Source of the DNA: Halobacteriales archaeon QH_7_66_36
GTDB lineage: Archaea; Halobacteriota; Halobacteria; Halobacteriales; Haloarculaceae
Direction of reading: 5' to 3'
NCBI GenBank assembly: GCA_003021175.1
Contig: PXQV01000004.1
Span: 25,015-89,014 of the forward strand
DNA length: 64,000 nucleotides
Below, piece by piece: positions 44,809 through 53,774 of this stretch. The notes below the pieces were generated by a model. The model searched no databases, was not told the origin of the DNA, and saw only the letters and a program-made list of their open reading frames with translations. The first letter of the stretch is position 1, and the number at the start of each line of letters is the position of its first letter. A program made the position numbers and the translations under genes.

Positions 44809-45777
44809 TCAGCGGTCGCGCAACAACTCCCGGATCGACGCCTCGACGGACTGTTCGGGCGTCCAGCCGAGCGCCCGTTCGATAGCCGCCGTGTCGACAT
44901 CGAAGGTATCGACGAGCGTCTCGCCGCTCCGCGGATTCTCCACGAGTTCGATGTCCACGTCGAGGTCGCGCTCCTCACGGGCGACCCGCTTTACGGTCTC
45001 GGCGACCGACATCACACCGGGGTCCTCGTCGCTCGCAACCTCGAAGGCGCGAGCGCCCGTCTCACCGTCTCGGTTCGCCTCGACCAGTCGCTCGGCGCTC
45101 CGGCAGAACGCCGCGGCCACGTCCTTCACGTGGACGAAGTTGCGTGCCTGCGTACCGGGCTCGTACACCGTGAGCGGGTCGCCGGCGAGGGCGCGCTCGA
45201 CGAAGAAGTTGATGACCGTGTTCTTGGAGACGCGCCGGTCGCCGATAGTATGGTCGCCGTAGAGGTTCGAGATCATGAACAGGTGGGCGGGGAACGCGTC
45301 GGCGGCCATCGTCTCGACGGCCCGCTCGCCGAGCACCTTCGTCTCGCCGTACCAGTTCAGCGGGTCGCGCCGAGTGTCGGTCGTGATGGGGAATCCCGGT
45401 GGGTCGCCGATGACGGCCATCGAGAAGGGGAACGCGAGCGCCGCGCCGTTCTGGCGACACCAGTAGGCGACGTTGTTCGTCCCGACGACGTTCACCTCGT
45501 ACGCGAGATCGGGATTCGTCTCGCAGTCGTCGACGCCCGAGATTGCCGCGAGATGGAGGACGGCGTCCGCGCCCGCGAGCGTCTCGGCCAGCCGGTCGCG
45601 GTTCCGGATGTCGACGTAGGCGACCGAAACATCCTCAATCTCGTGAATCTCGCCGAGGTAGAAGTTGTCGAGCGCGGTGAGATCCCAGTCGGGGTGTGCA
45701 CGCCGGAGGTCACGGACGACCCGGCTCCCGATAAAGCCGGCCGCGCCGGTGACGGCGACGTGTGGCGAGTCACTCAT
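44809..45777 (-). CDS. NAD-dependent epimerase/dehydratase (extended SDR)
   Basis: 322 aa. VTGAAGFIGSRVV, YGETK (YxxxK). Confidence 0.85.
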   Translation of the reverse strand: MSDSPHVAVTGAAGFIGSRVVRDLRRAHPDWDLTALDNFYLGEIHEIEDVSVAYVDIRNRDRLAETLAGADAVLHLAAISGVDDCETNPDLAYEVNVVGTNNVAYWCRQNGAALAFPFSMAVIGDPPGFPITTDTRRDPLNWYGETKVLGERAVETMAADAFPAHLFMISNLYGDHTIGDRRVSKNTVINFFVERALAGDPLTVYEPGTQARNFVHVKDVAAAFCRSAERLVEANRDGETGARAFEVASDEDPGVMSVAETVKRVAREERDLDVDIELVENPRSGETLVDTFDVDTAAIERALGWTPEQSVEASIRELLRDR

Positions 45778-45867
45778 CGAGCGAGTAACCGCAGGGCGGC
45801 GTCAAGTGCCTTTCGTGTCGCGGGTTTCGGTGTTCGGTGGTCGAGCGAAGATACCGACGGCAACGGT

Positions 45868-46821
45868 TCAGTTCGACGGCGTGGCCTGACCCTCAACGAA
45901 CGCGTCTCTGAGGTCGCGAATGCCTTGGCGGAGCGTCCACTCCGGTTCGAACCCGGTCTCGTCGAGGCGGTCGAAGTTCACGTGATACGAGGGACCGGGG
46001 TGTTCGTCCTCGAGGTACGTCACGTCGACCGGCGCGACCTCCTCGCTCACGACCTCGGCGATCTCGGCGATGCGGTAGTTACCGGGGTTCGAGCCGACGT
46101 TGTACACGTCCCGATTCCAGTCGTCGGGACTGAGCGCGGCCGCGCGGTAGGCGCGGGCGGCGTCCTCGACGTGGATGAACGGCCGCCAGTTCGAACCGTC
46201 GCCGTACACCGTGAGCGGGCGGCCGGTCAGCGCCCGGAAGACGAAGCTGTTGACGACGAGGTTGAACCGGACGCACGGCGCGTGGCCGTAGTTGGTCGCC
46301 ATCCGGAGCGCGACGCCGTCCACGTCGAAGTCGGCGGTCGTCTCGCGGAGCAGCGTCTCCGCGTCGCGTTTCGTCTCCGCGTACGGGTTGATCGGTGCCG
46401 GCTCGACCGTCTCGTCGATGTCGGTCGTCGGCGCGCGGCCGTAGATGTTACACGACGACGCCACCACGAGCGTGTCGACACCAGTTTTGCCCGCGGCGGT
46501 GCAGACGTTGCGCGTCCCTTCGTAGTTGGTCGCGACGGTTTCCTCGCGGCGGTCGTGTGTGCTCGCCGCGCCGGTGATGGCCGCGAGGTGGATGATCGTG
46601 TCCGCGTCGCGGGCGGCCGCCTCCACGTCGCCGTACTCGCGGACGTCGCCGTTGTGAAATCGGACGGTCCCGTCGCCGAGCTGCCCGATCAGCGCGCGTG
46701 GCGACCCCGACGAGAGGTCGTCCATCACGGTCACGCGGTCGACGCGGTCGTCGGCGCGCAGTTGTGGAACGAGCGCGCTGCCGATGTAGCCACAGCCGCC
46801 GGTGACGAGGACGTGGCTCAT
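45868..46821 (-). CDS. NAD-dependent epimerase/dehydratase (extended SDR, UDP-sugar 4-epimerase-like)
   Basis: 317 aa. VTGGCGYIGSALV, YAETK. ATGA overlap with the upstream sqdB-like gene. Confidence 0.85.
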   Translation of the reverse strand: MSHVLVTGGCGYIGSALVPQLRADDRVDRVTVMDDLSSGSPRALIGQLGDGTVRFHNGDVREYGDVEAAARDADTIIHLAAITGAASTHDRREETVATNYEGTRNVCTAAGKTGVDTLVVASSCNIYGRAPTTDIDETVEPAPINPYAETKRDAETLLRETTADFDVDGVALRMATNYGHAPCVRFNLVVNSFVFRALTGRPLTVYGDGSNWRPFIHVEDAARAYRAAALSPDDWNRDVYNVGSNPGNYRIAEIAEVVSEEVAPVDVTYLEDEHPGPSYHVNFDRLDETGFEPEWTLRQGIRDLRDAFVEGQATPSN

Positions 46822-48005
46822 TGCAACGCGTCGGGGAGGAACCGGTCCTCGTGGCTGGTGATGACCTCGCGGTGGCGAATCAGCGTGTCGAGGATGTCCT
46901 CGACGCCCTCGGCGAAGGTGGCGCGCTGCTCGCCGATCAGGTCCATGTAGCGGTCGTTGTCGATCTCCATGCGGTGCGTCTCGTCCTCGTCGCGGGGGTT
47001 CTCGACGTGAGTGACATCCACGTCGAGATCGAAGTCGGCGGCCACGTCGCGGATGGTCTCGGCCAGTTCGACGATTGCGATGGGTCGGGTGACCTGATTG
47101 TAGACGGTGAGGCCGGCGGGCGCACCGGCAGTGACCTCATCGTCCGCCGCCGGCCCGTCGCACGCGAGCCGAGCCAACCCCTCGACGGCGTCCTCCAGCG
47201 AGACGAACGGCTTGCGTTGTTCGCCCTTACCGTAGACCGTGAGCGGGTAGCCCGCGACCGCCTGCGCCGCGAACCGATGGGCGACGACGCCGAAGTAGTA
47301 GTCGAAGTCGAACCGCGTCTTCAGTCGGTCGTCCGGCTGGGTCTCCGCGGTCTCCGTCCCGTAGGTGATCGCCGTGCGCACGTCCGAGATCGGGATGTCG
47401 AACTGCTGGGCGGCGAGCCGGAGGTTGGCCGCGTCGTGTGCTTTGCTCGTATGATACCACGATCCTGCCATCGCCGGGAACGGCACCTCGTCGCGCTCGC
47501 CGTCGTGTTCCATCACGGCACCCCCCTCCGGAATCGGGAACTCGGGCGCGCCGTAGACGCCCGTCGTCGTCGTCTCGACGAAGTGGGTGTCGGTGAGGCC
47601 CTGCTCGTGGAGCCCGAACAGGAGGTTCCGGGTCGCCTGCATGTTGTTGTGCTGGGTGTAGTTGGCGCGCTCGCCGTTGATCTGCGAGTAGGGCGCGGAC
47701 GGCTGTGCGGCCGTGTGGACGACGGTCGACGGCTCGTGGACCGCCAGTAGCTCCGCGACGAAAGAGCGGTCCGTCAGGTCGCCTTCGACGAACGAGAGGT
47801 TCGACAGGCCGTGGACATCGCGGGCGGCGTCCAGACGGGCCTCGATACTCGCGATTGGCGTCGCGCTCGTTGCGCCGACCTCTTCGACCCATCCGCGACG
47901 GGCGAAGTTGTCGACGGCGAGCACGCGTTCGTCCGTCCGAGTCGCGATGCGGAGCGCGGTCGGCCACCCGATGTAGCCGTCGCCTCCGGTGACGATGATG
48001 CTCAC
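46818..48005 (-). CDS. sqdB: UDP-sulfoquinovose synthase (SQD1/SqdB/Agl3 family)
   Basis: 395 aa. VTGGDGYIGWPTAL, ATPIASIEARL, QPSAPYS, ANYTQHNN and SWYHTSKAHD line up with the plant SQD1 segments GGDGYCGWATAL, TPIASIHDR, QRSAPYS, YTQHNN and SFYHLSKVHD as I recall them. Confidence 0.85.
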   Translation of the reverse strand: MSIIVTGGDGYIGWPTALRIATRTDERVLAVDNFARRGWVEEVGATSATPIASIEARLDAARDVHGLSNLSFVEGDLTDRSFVAELLAVHEPSTVVHTAAQPSAPYSQINGERANYTQHNNMQATRNLLFGLHEQGLTDTHFVETTTTGVYGAPEFPIPEGGAVMEHDGERDEVPFPAMAGSWYHTSKAHDAANLRLAAQQFDIPISDVRTAITYGTETAETQPDDRLKTRFDFDYYFGVVAHRFAAQAVAGYPLTVYGKGEQRKPFVSLEDAVEGLARLACDGPAADDEVTAGAPAGLTVYNQVTRPIAIVELAETIRDVAADFDLDVDVTHVENPRDEDETHRMEIDNDRYMDLIGEQRATFAEGVEDILDTLIRHREVITSHEDRFLPDALQ

Positions 48006-48533
48006 GGTTACTCACGATATGAGTAACCACGTGCAAGTAGTTTGCCATCTTCGGGCCGGAAGAGGTTTGCCACCGGAGGTGTTGGAATACGACGGTGGGG
48101 GAAGCGATGCGTATACTCGACAAACAGGGCAGTTGTTCGGGCGGGTGAATACCATCGACGCACTCGCACTATTGTGGTGATCGCAGTGGCGACAGCGGGT
48201 GCGGCGCTCGTGGCCGAAACGAACCGCCGAGCGCGTTGCCGATGGCGTGCGACCGATACTCGCCGACTCGCGGGTCGTCGACCTGCTCGCGGCGCTGCTC
48301 GTGCCGCCGGAGCCACCGGAAGACGACAACGACGGAGACTGCCACCGGTCACGCCAGCCACGAACACCGGAGCAGGTGGCCGCTCGTCGCGTCGGTTGGC
48401 GCGGCCGGACTGTGCGTCGGCATCGCACTCGACGCGCTCGCGGTGGCGATCGCTGTCTCCTCGCGTGGCTCGACGAGAACGCCGGCGAGCGGAACGCCCG
48501 GACGGCACCCGCGACGACGAGACGGCGACCCGA

Positions 48534-49841
48534 TCAGCGCTCGCGGACGCGCATCTCCACGGGGTTGGCTGGCCGGGCCGTGATCGACGCGAGCAGGTCG
48601 AACTCCTCTGGGCCGACGAGGTCGAACTCGTAGCGCGGCAGGACGGTCGCGAGGACGAGTTTCGCCTCCAGTAGCGCGAACCGGTCGCCGATACAGCGGC
48701 GTGGCCCGCCGCCGAAGGGGAAGTACGCGAAGTCGGGGAGACGCTCGCGGAGGCCGTCCGCCCACCGGTCCGGGTCGAAGGTGCGCGGGTCGTCGTAGAA
48801 CCGGTCGTCGCGGTGGATCGCCCACTGGCTCATCGTCACCGTCGCGCCCGCCGGTATCTCGTAGCCGGCGAGCGTGTCCGGTCCCGTCGCCTCACGGTTG
48901 ATAGTGTGGACCGGTGGGTAGAGCCGCATCGACTCCGTGATCACGCGGTCGAGATACGGCGCGCCGAGCACGTCGGTCGCCGTCGGCGTACCGTCGATCT
49001 CGTCGAGTTCGGCGCGGAGTCGGCCGGCGATGTCAGGGTGGCGTGCGAGCAGGTGGAGGGTGAAGGTGAGCGCGAGCGCGGTCGTCTCGTGGCCCGCGAG
49101 CAGGATCGTCATCACCTGATCGCGAAGCTGTTCGTCGTCCACGTCGTCTTCGCCTTCGAGCAACGCGGTCACAACGTCGTCGGCCGGGTCCGCCTTCCGG
49201 GCGCGGATGATCCGATACACCACCTCGTCGAGGGCGTCGATTGCGCGCTGGTAGCGGCGACGACCGGGCGTCGGTACGCTCTTTGGAACGAACCCTTCCC
49301 ACACCTTCTCCGTCTGTCGCATCGCCGTCTCCAAGGCCGCGCCGACCGTCTCCACCTCCTCATCGACGGTCATCCCGAACATCGTGTCTGCGATGATGGC
49401 GAGCGTCACCTCCATCATGTCCTCGTGGACGTCTGTGACCTCGCCGTCGTCCCACTCCGCCAACTTCTGTTCGGTGGCGTCGACCATCGCGTCGGCGTAG
49501 CCCCGAACCCGGTCCGGGGTGAACGACGGCTGGAGGCGGCGGCGCTGCCCGCGCCACGTCTCCCCCTCGCTCGTGAGCAAGCCGCCGCCGACGATTGGCC
49601 GGAGGAGTCCCTGCACGAAGTCGCCCTTCACGTAGTTCTCGTTGTTGTGAACGAGGACGCGTTCGATCGCGTCGGGATCGTTGAGTTGGTAAAACGGACG
49701 GCCGAGCACCTCGTAGTACGCGATGTCGTCGTACGCGGCGACGAGGTGCTCGGCGAAGCCGAACTGGTCGCGGGCGAACTGGTGTGTGTTGCCGAGTATC
49801 GGCAGTCCGTTCGGGCCGGGAGGGCGGCGGCGAGTTGCCAT
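48534..49841 (-). CDS. Cytochrome P450
   Basis: 435 aa. Heme loop FPFGGGPRRCIGDRFA, I-helix LLAGHETTA, ESMRLYPP (ExxR). Confidence 0.9.
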   Translation of the reverse strand: MATRRRPPGPNGLPILGNTHQFARDQFGFAEHLVAAYDDIAYYEVLGRPFYQLNDPDAIERVLVHNNENYVKGDFVQGLLRPIVGGGLLTSEGETWRGQRRRLQPSFTPDRVRGYADAMVDATEQKLAEWDDGEVTDVHEDMMEVTLAIIADTMFGMTVDEEVETVGAALETAMRQTEKVWEGFVPKSVPTPGRRRYQRAIDALDEVVYRIIRARKADPADDVVTALLEGEDDVDDEQLRDQVMTILLAGHETTALALTFTLHLLARHPDIAGRLRAELDEIDGTPTATDVLGAPYLDRVITESMRLYPPVHTINREATGPDTLAGYEIPAGATVTMSQWAIHRDDRFYDDPRTFDPDRWADGLRERLPDFAYFPFGGGPRRCIGDRFALLEAKLVLATVLPRYEFDLVGPEEFDLLASITARPANPVEMRVRER

Positions 49842-49921
49842 CGGCGACAGCTGTCTCGGCTACAAGTAATACGTTTGCTTTCCCGACGGTTCCTTAGTAT
49901 CGGAGACTGACGACCGTACTC

Positions 49922-50173
49922 TCAGGCGCGGTGGCCGCTGCCGATAGCCATCGCGGCGACGTTGACAGCGAGCAGCGCGGCCAAGAGTCCCGGGCGTTCG
50001 GTCGTGATGCCGCTGGCGAGCATCGGCACCTGCGCGAACGCGAGGAGGATACCGGCCCAGAAGGCCGTGCCGCGGGCGAGATGGGCAATCATCGTCGCCG
50101 CGCTGGCGAGGTCGGTCGGAGCCGCGTCGGGGAGGGCCGCGGCGAGCGTCGAGGCGGGGTCTGCGGTGGACAT
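49922..50173 (-). CDS. Small hypothetical membrane protein (2 predicted TM)
   Basis: 83 aa. FWAGILLAFAQVPMLASGI and GLLAALLAVNVAAMAIG. Only a compositional argument supports it. Confidence 0.4.
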   Translation of the reverse strand: MSTADPASTLAAALPDAAPTDLASAATMIAHLARGTAFWAGILLAFAQVPMLASGITTERPGLLAALLAVNVAAMAIGSGHRA

Positions 50174-50476
50174 GGACTGACTCGTCTATCCCTACATCCC
50201 ACACCCACATATACCGACCCGACGCTCAACGTCGTTTCGCGACGCTTCACGGGATGAACGCGACAATGACGCTCCCCACCGGACGTTTTACGACAGTTCG
50301 AGAGCGCCCGGGAGCTTTTATCGCGGGCAGAGAGCGCCGCGTTCGCTCGCGGCGAAAGACGGACGATTCGGCCTGTCGTCGGGACGCTCGACACGCCGGG
50401 CGATGGTCAACTACTATTGAACAGAACTCAAGCAAGATTGTAACGCTTTTGTCGTCACGGTTCGTGGCGATGATCG

Positions 50477-51781
50477 ATGCGGGGTGTCGTACTCGGCGGG
50501 ACGAGTTCGGGAACCGGGAAGACGGTGGCGACGTTGGCGACGATCCGGGCCTTGCAGGCCGCCGGGTGGACGGTGCAACCCGCGAAGGCCGGACCGGATT
50601 TCATCGACCCCAGCCACCACGCGCAGGTGACAGACGCTCCCTCACGGACGCTGGATCCGTGGCTCCAAGGCGCGGGGGGCCTCCGGAGAAACTACACGCG
50701 GGGTGACGGTGACCTCTGTGTCGTGGAGGGGATGATGGGGCTGTACGACGGGTCGGTCGCCAGCACGGCGAGCGTCGCCGAGGGACTCGACCTGCCGGTC
50801 GTGCTCGTGGTCGACGCCTCGGCGGGGATGCAGAGCGTCGGCGCGACGGCGCTCGGCTTCCGCGAGTACGCCGCCGAGGCAGGCTACGATATCGAGGTCG
50901 CGGGCGTGCTCGCACAGCGCGCGCACGGCGGTCGCCACGCCGACGGTATCCGCGAGGCGCTCCCCGACGACGTCCGCTATCTGGGCCGGATACCGCCGGA
51001 CGACCGGCTGGAGATCCCCGACCGCCATCTCGGACTGGCGATGGGCGAGGAGGCGTCGCTTTCCCCGGACGCGCTCGCGGACGCGGCGGCCAACATCGAC
51101 GGCGAGGGAGTTGCAGAGCTGGCGCGGGAACCGCCCGCCGGTCTCGACTCCGAGCCGCGACCGGCGACCGACGCGACCGTCGCGGTCGCGACCGGGCCGG
51201 CCTTCGCCTTCCGGTATCCGGCGACCGTCGAGCGGCTGCGCGAGCGGGCCACCGTCGCCACGTTCGACCCCGTCGCAAGTGATCCGCTGCCGGCGTGTGA
51301 CGGCGTCTACCTTCCGGGGGGCTACCCAGAACTCCACGCCGACGCGCTCGCGGACGCGACTGCGCTCGACACGCTCGGAGCGCGCGCGGCTGAGGGACTT
51401 CCCGTCTACGGCGAGTGTGGCGGGCTGATGGCGCTCGGCGAGACGCTCACCGTCGACGGCGAGACGCACGCGATGGCCGGCGCGCTGCCCGTCGAGACCC
51501 GGATGTGCGACCGGTATCGGGCGTTAGACCACGTCGAACTCGAAGCGCGCCGCGAGACGCTCACGGCGGGGGCGGGCGACCGGCTGCGCGGCCACGAGTT
51601 CCACTACTCGGAGCCGACGGTCGCCGGCGACGCTCGGTTCGCGTTCGACGTGGTACGAGGCGAGGGGATTACTGACGAGCGCGAGGGGCTACACGAGTAC
51701 GCGACGCTCGGCACCTACTGTCACGTCCATCCGGAGAGCGGCGCGTTCGACGCGTTTCTCGACCGGTTGGCGCGCCGATAA
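50477..51781 (+). CDS. cbiA: Cobyrinate a,c-diamide synthase
   Basis: 434 aa. N-terminal GGTSSGTGKTVATLATIRAL, AKAGPDFIDPSHH, C-terminal GATase YGECGGLMALG. Confidence 0.85.
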   Translation: MRGVVLGGTSSGTGKTVATLATIRALQAAGWTVQPAKAGPDFIDPSHHAQVTDAPSRTLDPWLQGAGGLRRNYTRGDGDLCVVEGMMGLYDGSVASTASVAEGLDLPVVLVVDASAGMQSVGATALGFREYAAEAGYDIEVAGVLAQRAHGGRHADGIREALPDDVRYLGRIPPDDRLEIPDRHLGLAMGEEASLSPDALADAAANIDGEGVAELAREPPAGLDSEPRPATDATVAVATGPAFAFRYPATVERLRERATVATFDPVASDPLPACDGVYLPGGYPELHADALADATALDTLGARAAEGLPVYGECGGLMALGETLTVDGETHAMAGALPVETRMCDRYRALDHVELEARRETLTAGAGDRLRGHEFHYSEPTVAGDARFAFDVVRGEGITDEREGLHEYATLGTYCHVHPESGAFDAFLDRLARR

Positions 51782-51841
51782 CTGAAGCGACCGAACACGT
51801 TAGGTATCGGTTTCGTCCGTATGGCGGGCGCACCGAGTAGT

Positions 51842-52087
51842 ATGCGGAAGCAGGAACTCATCCACGTCCACGAGTTGCTGGCGGTAGTCGAACGGTTCTG
51901 CGAGCGTGAACTCGGCGTGAGCGTCGACGCGCCGGAGTACGAGGCGATGCGCGTTCGACCGAACGCCATCCACGCGGCGAAGGCACGTCACGAGACAGCG
52001 GTGTTTCACCTCGCCGAGACGATCAACGAGGCGATGACGGACGCAGTCAGTATGGAAGAACCCGCTCCGGGAGTGGTCGCGGACTGA
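51842..52087 (+). CDS. UPF0058 family protein
   Basis: 81 aa from the ATG at 51842. MRKQELIHVHELLAVV...EYEAMRVRPNAIHAAKARHETAVFHL matches my memory of UPF0058 proteins. The track ORF starts at 51821. Confidence 0.6.
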   Translation: MRKQELIHVHELLAVVERFCERELGVSVDAPEYEAMRVRPNAIHAAKARHETAVFHLAETINEAMTDAVSMEEPAPGVVAD

Positions 52088-52088
52088 T

Positions 52089-53774
52089 CTACTCGACGGT
52101 CACCGACTTCGCGAGGTTGCGCGGCTTATCTATCGGCCGGTCGAGCGCGTCCGCGACGTGGTAGGCGAACAGTTGGAGTTGGACGTTGGCGAGGACGGCC
52201 GCCGTTCGCGGATGCGTGTCGGGAATGTCGAGGACCTGATCCGCGTACCGCTCCACGTCGCTCATCCCGTCGGTGACGGCGATGACGGGCGCAGAGCGCG
52301 CCTCGACCTCCTTCACGTTGCCGATGGTTTTCCGCGCGGCTTCGCCGTCGCCGGTGACGACCGCGATCACGGGCGTGTCCTCGGTGACGAGCGCGAGCGT
52401 CCCGTGTTTGAGTTCGCCGGCCGCGAACCCCTCCGCGTGGGCGTAGGAGATCTCCTTCAGCTTCAGCGCCCCCTCCATCGCGACGGGATAGTTGAGCCGT
52501 CGACCGATGAAGAAGAAGCCGTCGCTGTCGACGTACTCGCGGGCGACCGCGGCGGCGTCGGTGTCATCGAGCAGCGCCCGCACGTCACCCGGGAGGTCGC
52601 GCAGCGCGGCGACGAGACGGCGAACGTCGGTGTCGCCCGGCCCGGCCGCCTGCAGCGCGAGCAGATTGAGCGCGGCCAACTGCGCGGAGAACGTCTTCGA
52701 GGCCGCGACGCCGATCTCCGGGCCGGAGCGGATGAACAGCGCGTCGGTACACTCGCGTGCCATCGTCGACCCGACGACGTTCGTCACCGCGAGCGTCCGC
52801 GCGCCGCGCCGGGCGTAGAACGCCCCTGCGGGGACGCCCGCCGCCCGGAACAGCGCCGCTCCGTACAGCGCGGCGTGATACGAGGTGCCGCAGGCGACGA
52901 ACTGGACGCGCTCCGGGTCGGCGTCAAGATCGAGGGCTACCCGTCCGCCGAGTTCGTCGACGCGCCCCTGCAAACACTGCCGGAGCGCCCGCGGCTGTTC
53001 GTGGATCTCTTTCAGCATGTAGTGGTCGTAGCCGGATTTCCCTGTCTCCTCGGGGTCCCACTCGACCGTGTCGACCGGCTTCTCGTGGCGCGTGCCATCG
53101 GGACCGGTGACGGCGTAGCCGTCGGCGTCGATGCGGGCGAACTCGCCGTCGTCGAGATACACGACGCGATCCGTGTACTCGCGGAACGCGGGCACGTCGC
53201 TGGCGAGATACGTCGCGTCGTCGTCCACGCCGAGGACGAGCGGCGAGTCGCGTCGGGCCGCGAAGACGGCCTCGACGCCGGCGACCGTCACCGCGACCGC
53301 GAAACTGCCTTCGAGGCGGTCGACGGCGGCCCGGACGGCCGTCTCGGCGTCGGCACCGGCGGCGAGTTCGGTCTCGACGAGGTGTGGAACGACCTCGGTG
53401 TCGGTGTCGGAGGCGAACTCGTGGCCGTCGGCGGCGAGTTCCTCGCGAAGGGTCTGGTAGTTCTCGATGATGCCGTTGTGGACGACGGCCACCTCGCCCG
53501 TGCAGTCGACGTGCGGGTGGGCGTTCTCGTCCGTCGGCGGGCCGTGCGTCGACCAGCGCGTGTGGCCGACGCCGACCCGGCCGTCGAGTGCGCGCCCGGC
53601 CAGCGCCGCCCGGAGCGCGTCGAGTTCACCGGCCTTCTTTACCACGTCGAGGCTGTCGTTCACGAGCGCGACCCCGGCGGAGTCGTAGCCGCGATACTCC
53701 AGCGTGTCGAGCCCGGAGAGCAGCGTTCCGAGCGTGTCGCCGTCGCGGCCGACACAGCCGACGATGCCACACAT
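52089..53774 (-). CDS. glmS: Glutamine--fructose-6-phosphate aminotransferase (isomerising), carrying an apparent in-frame internal deletion
   Basis: 561 aa. MCGIVGCVGR (Cys2 nucleophile), RGYDSAGV, ACGTSYHA, C-terminal SVTVE. The SIS-1 segment containing S-x-S-G-E-T is missing between ...GVPAGAFYA and RRGARTLAVTNVVGS. Confidence 0.8.
   Translation of the reverse strand: MCGIVGCVGRDGDTLGTLLSGLDTLEYRGYDSAGVALVNDSLDVVKKAGELDALRAALAGRALDGRVGVGHTRWSTHGPPTDENAHPHVDCTGEVAVVHNGIIENYQTLREELAADGHEFASDTDTEVVPHLVETELAAGADAETAVRAAVDRLEGSFAVAVTVAGVEAVFAARRDSPLVLGVDDDATYLASDVPAFREYTDRVVYLDDGEFARIDADGYAVTGPDGTRHEKPVDTVEWDPEETGKSGYDHYMLKEIHEQPRALRQCLQGRVDELGGRVALDLDADPERVQFVACGTSYHAALYGAALFRAAGVPAGAFYARRGARTLAVTNVVGSTMARECTDALFIRSGPEIGVAASKTFSAQLAALNLLALQAAGPGDTDVRRLVAALRDLPGDVRALLDDTDAAAVAREYVDSDGFFFIGRRLNYPVAMEGALKLKEISYAHAEGFAAGELKHGTLALVTEDTPVIAVVTGDGEAARKTIGNVKEVEARSAPVIAVTDGMSDVERYADQVLDIPDTHPRTAAVLANVQLQLFAYHVADALDRPIDKPRNLAKSVTVE

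Noticed and set aside
50174-50476. Possible cobalamin riboswitch or other leader element in the 300-nt region upstream of cbiA. It contains a TATA-like CTTTTATC at about 50315 and a short GCCGCG/CGCGGC hairpin.
   Set aside because: I could not recognise the B12-box or the conserved cobalamin-riboswitch architecture. Such riboswitches are not expected in Halobacteria. The hairpin is short and unremarkable for this GC content.
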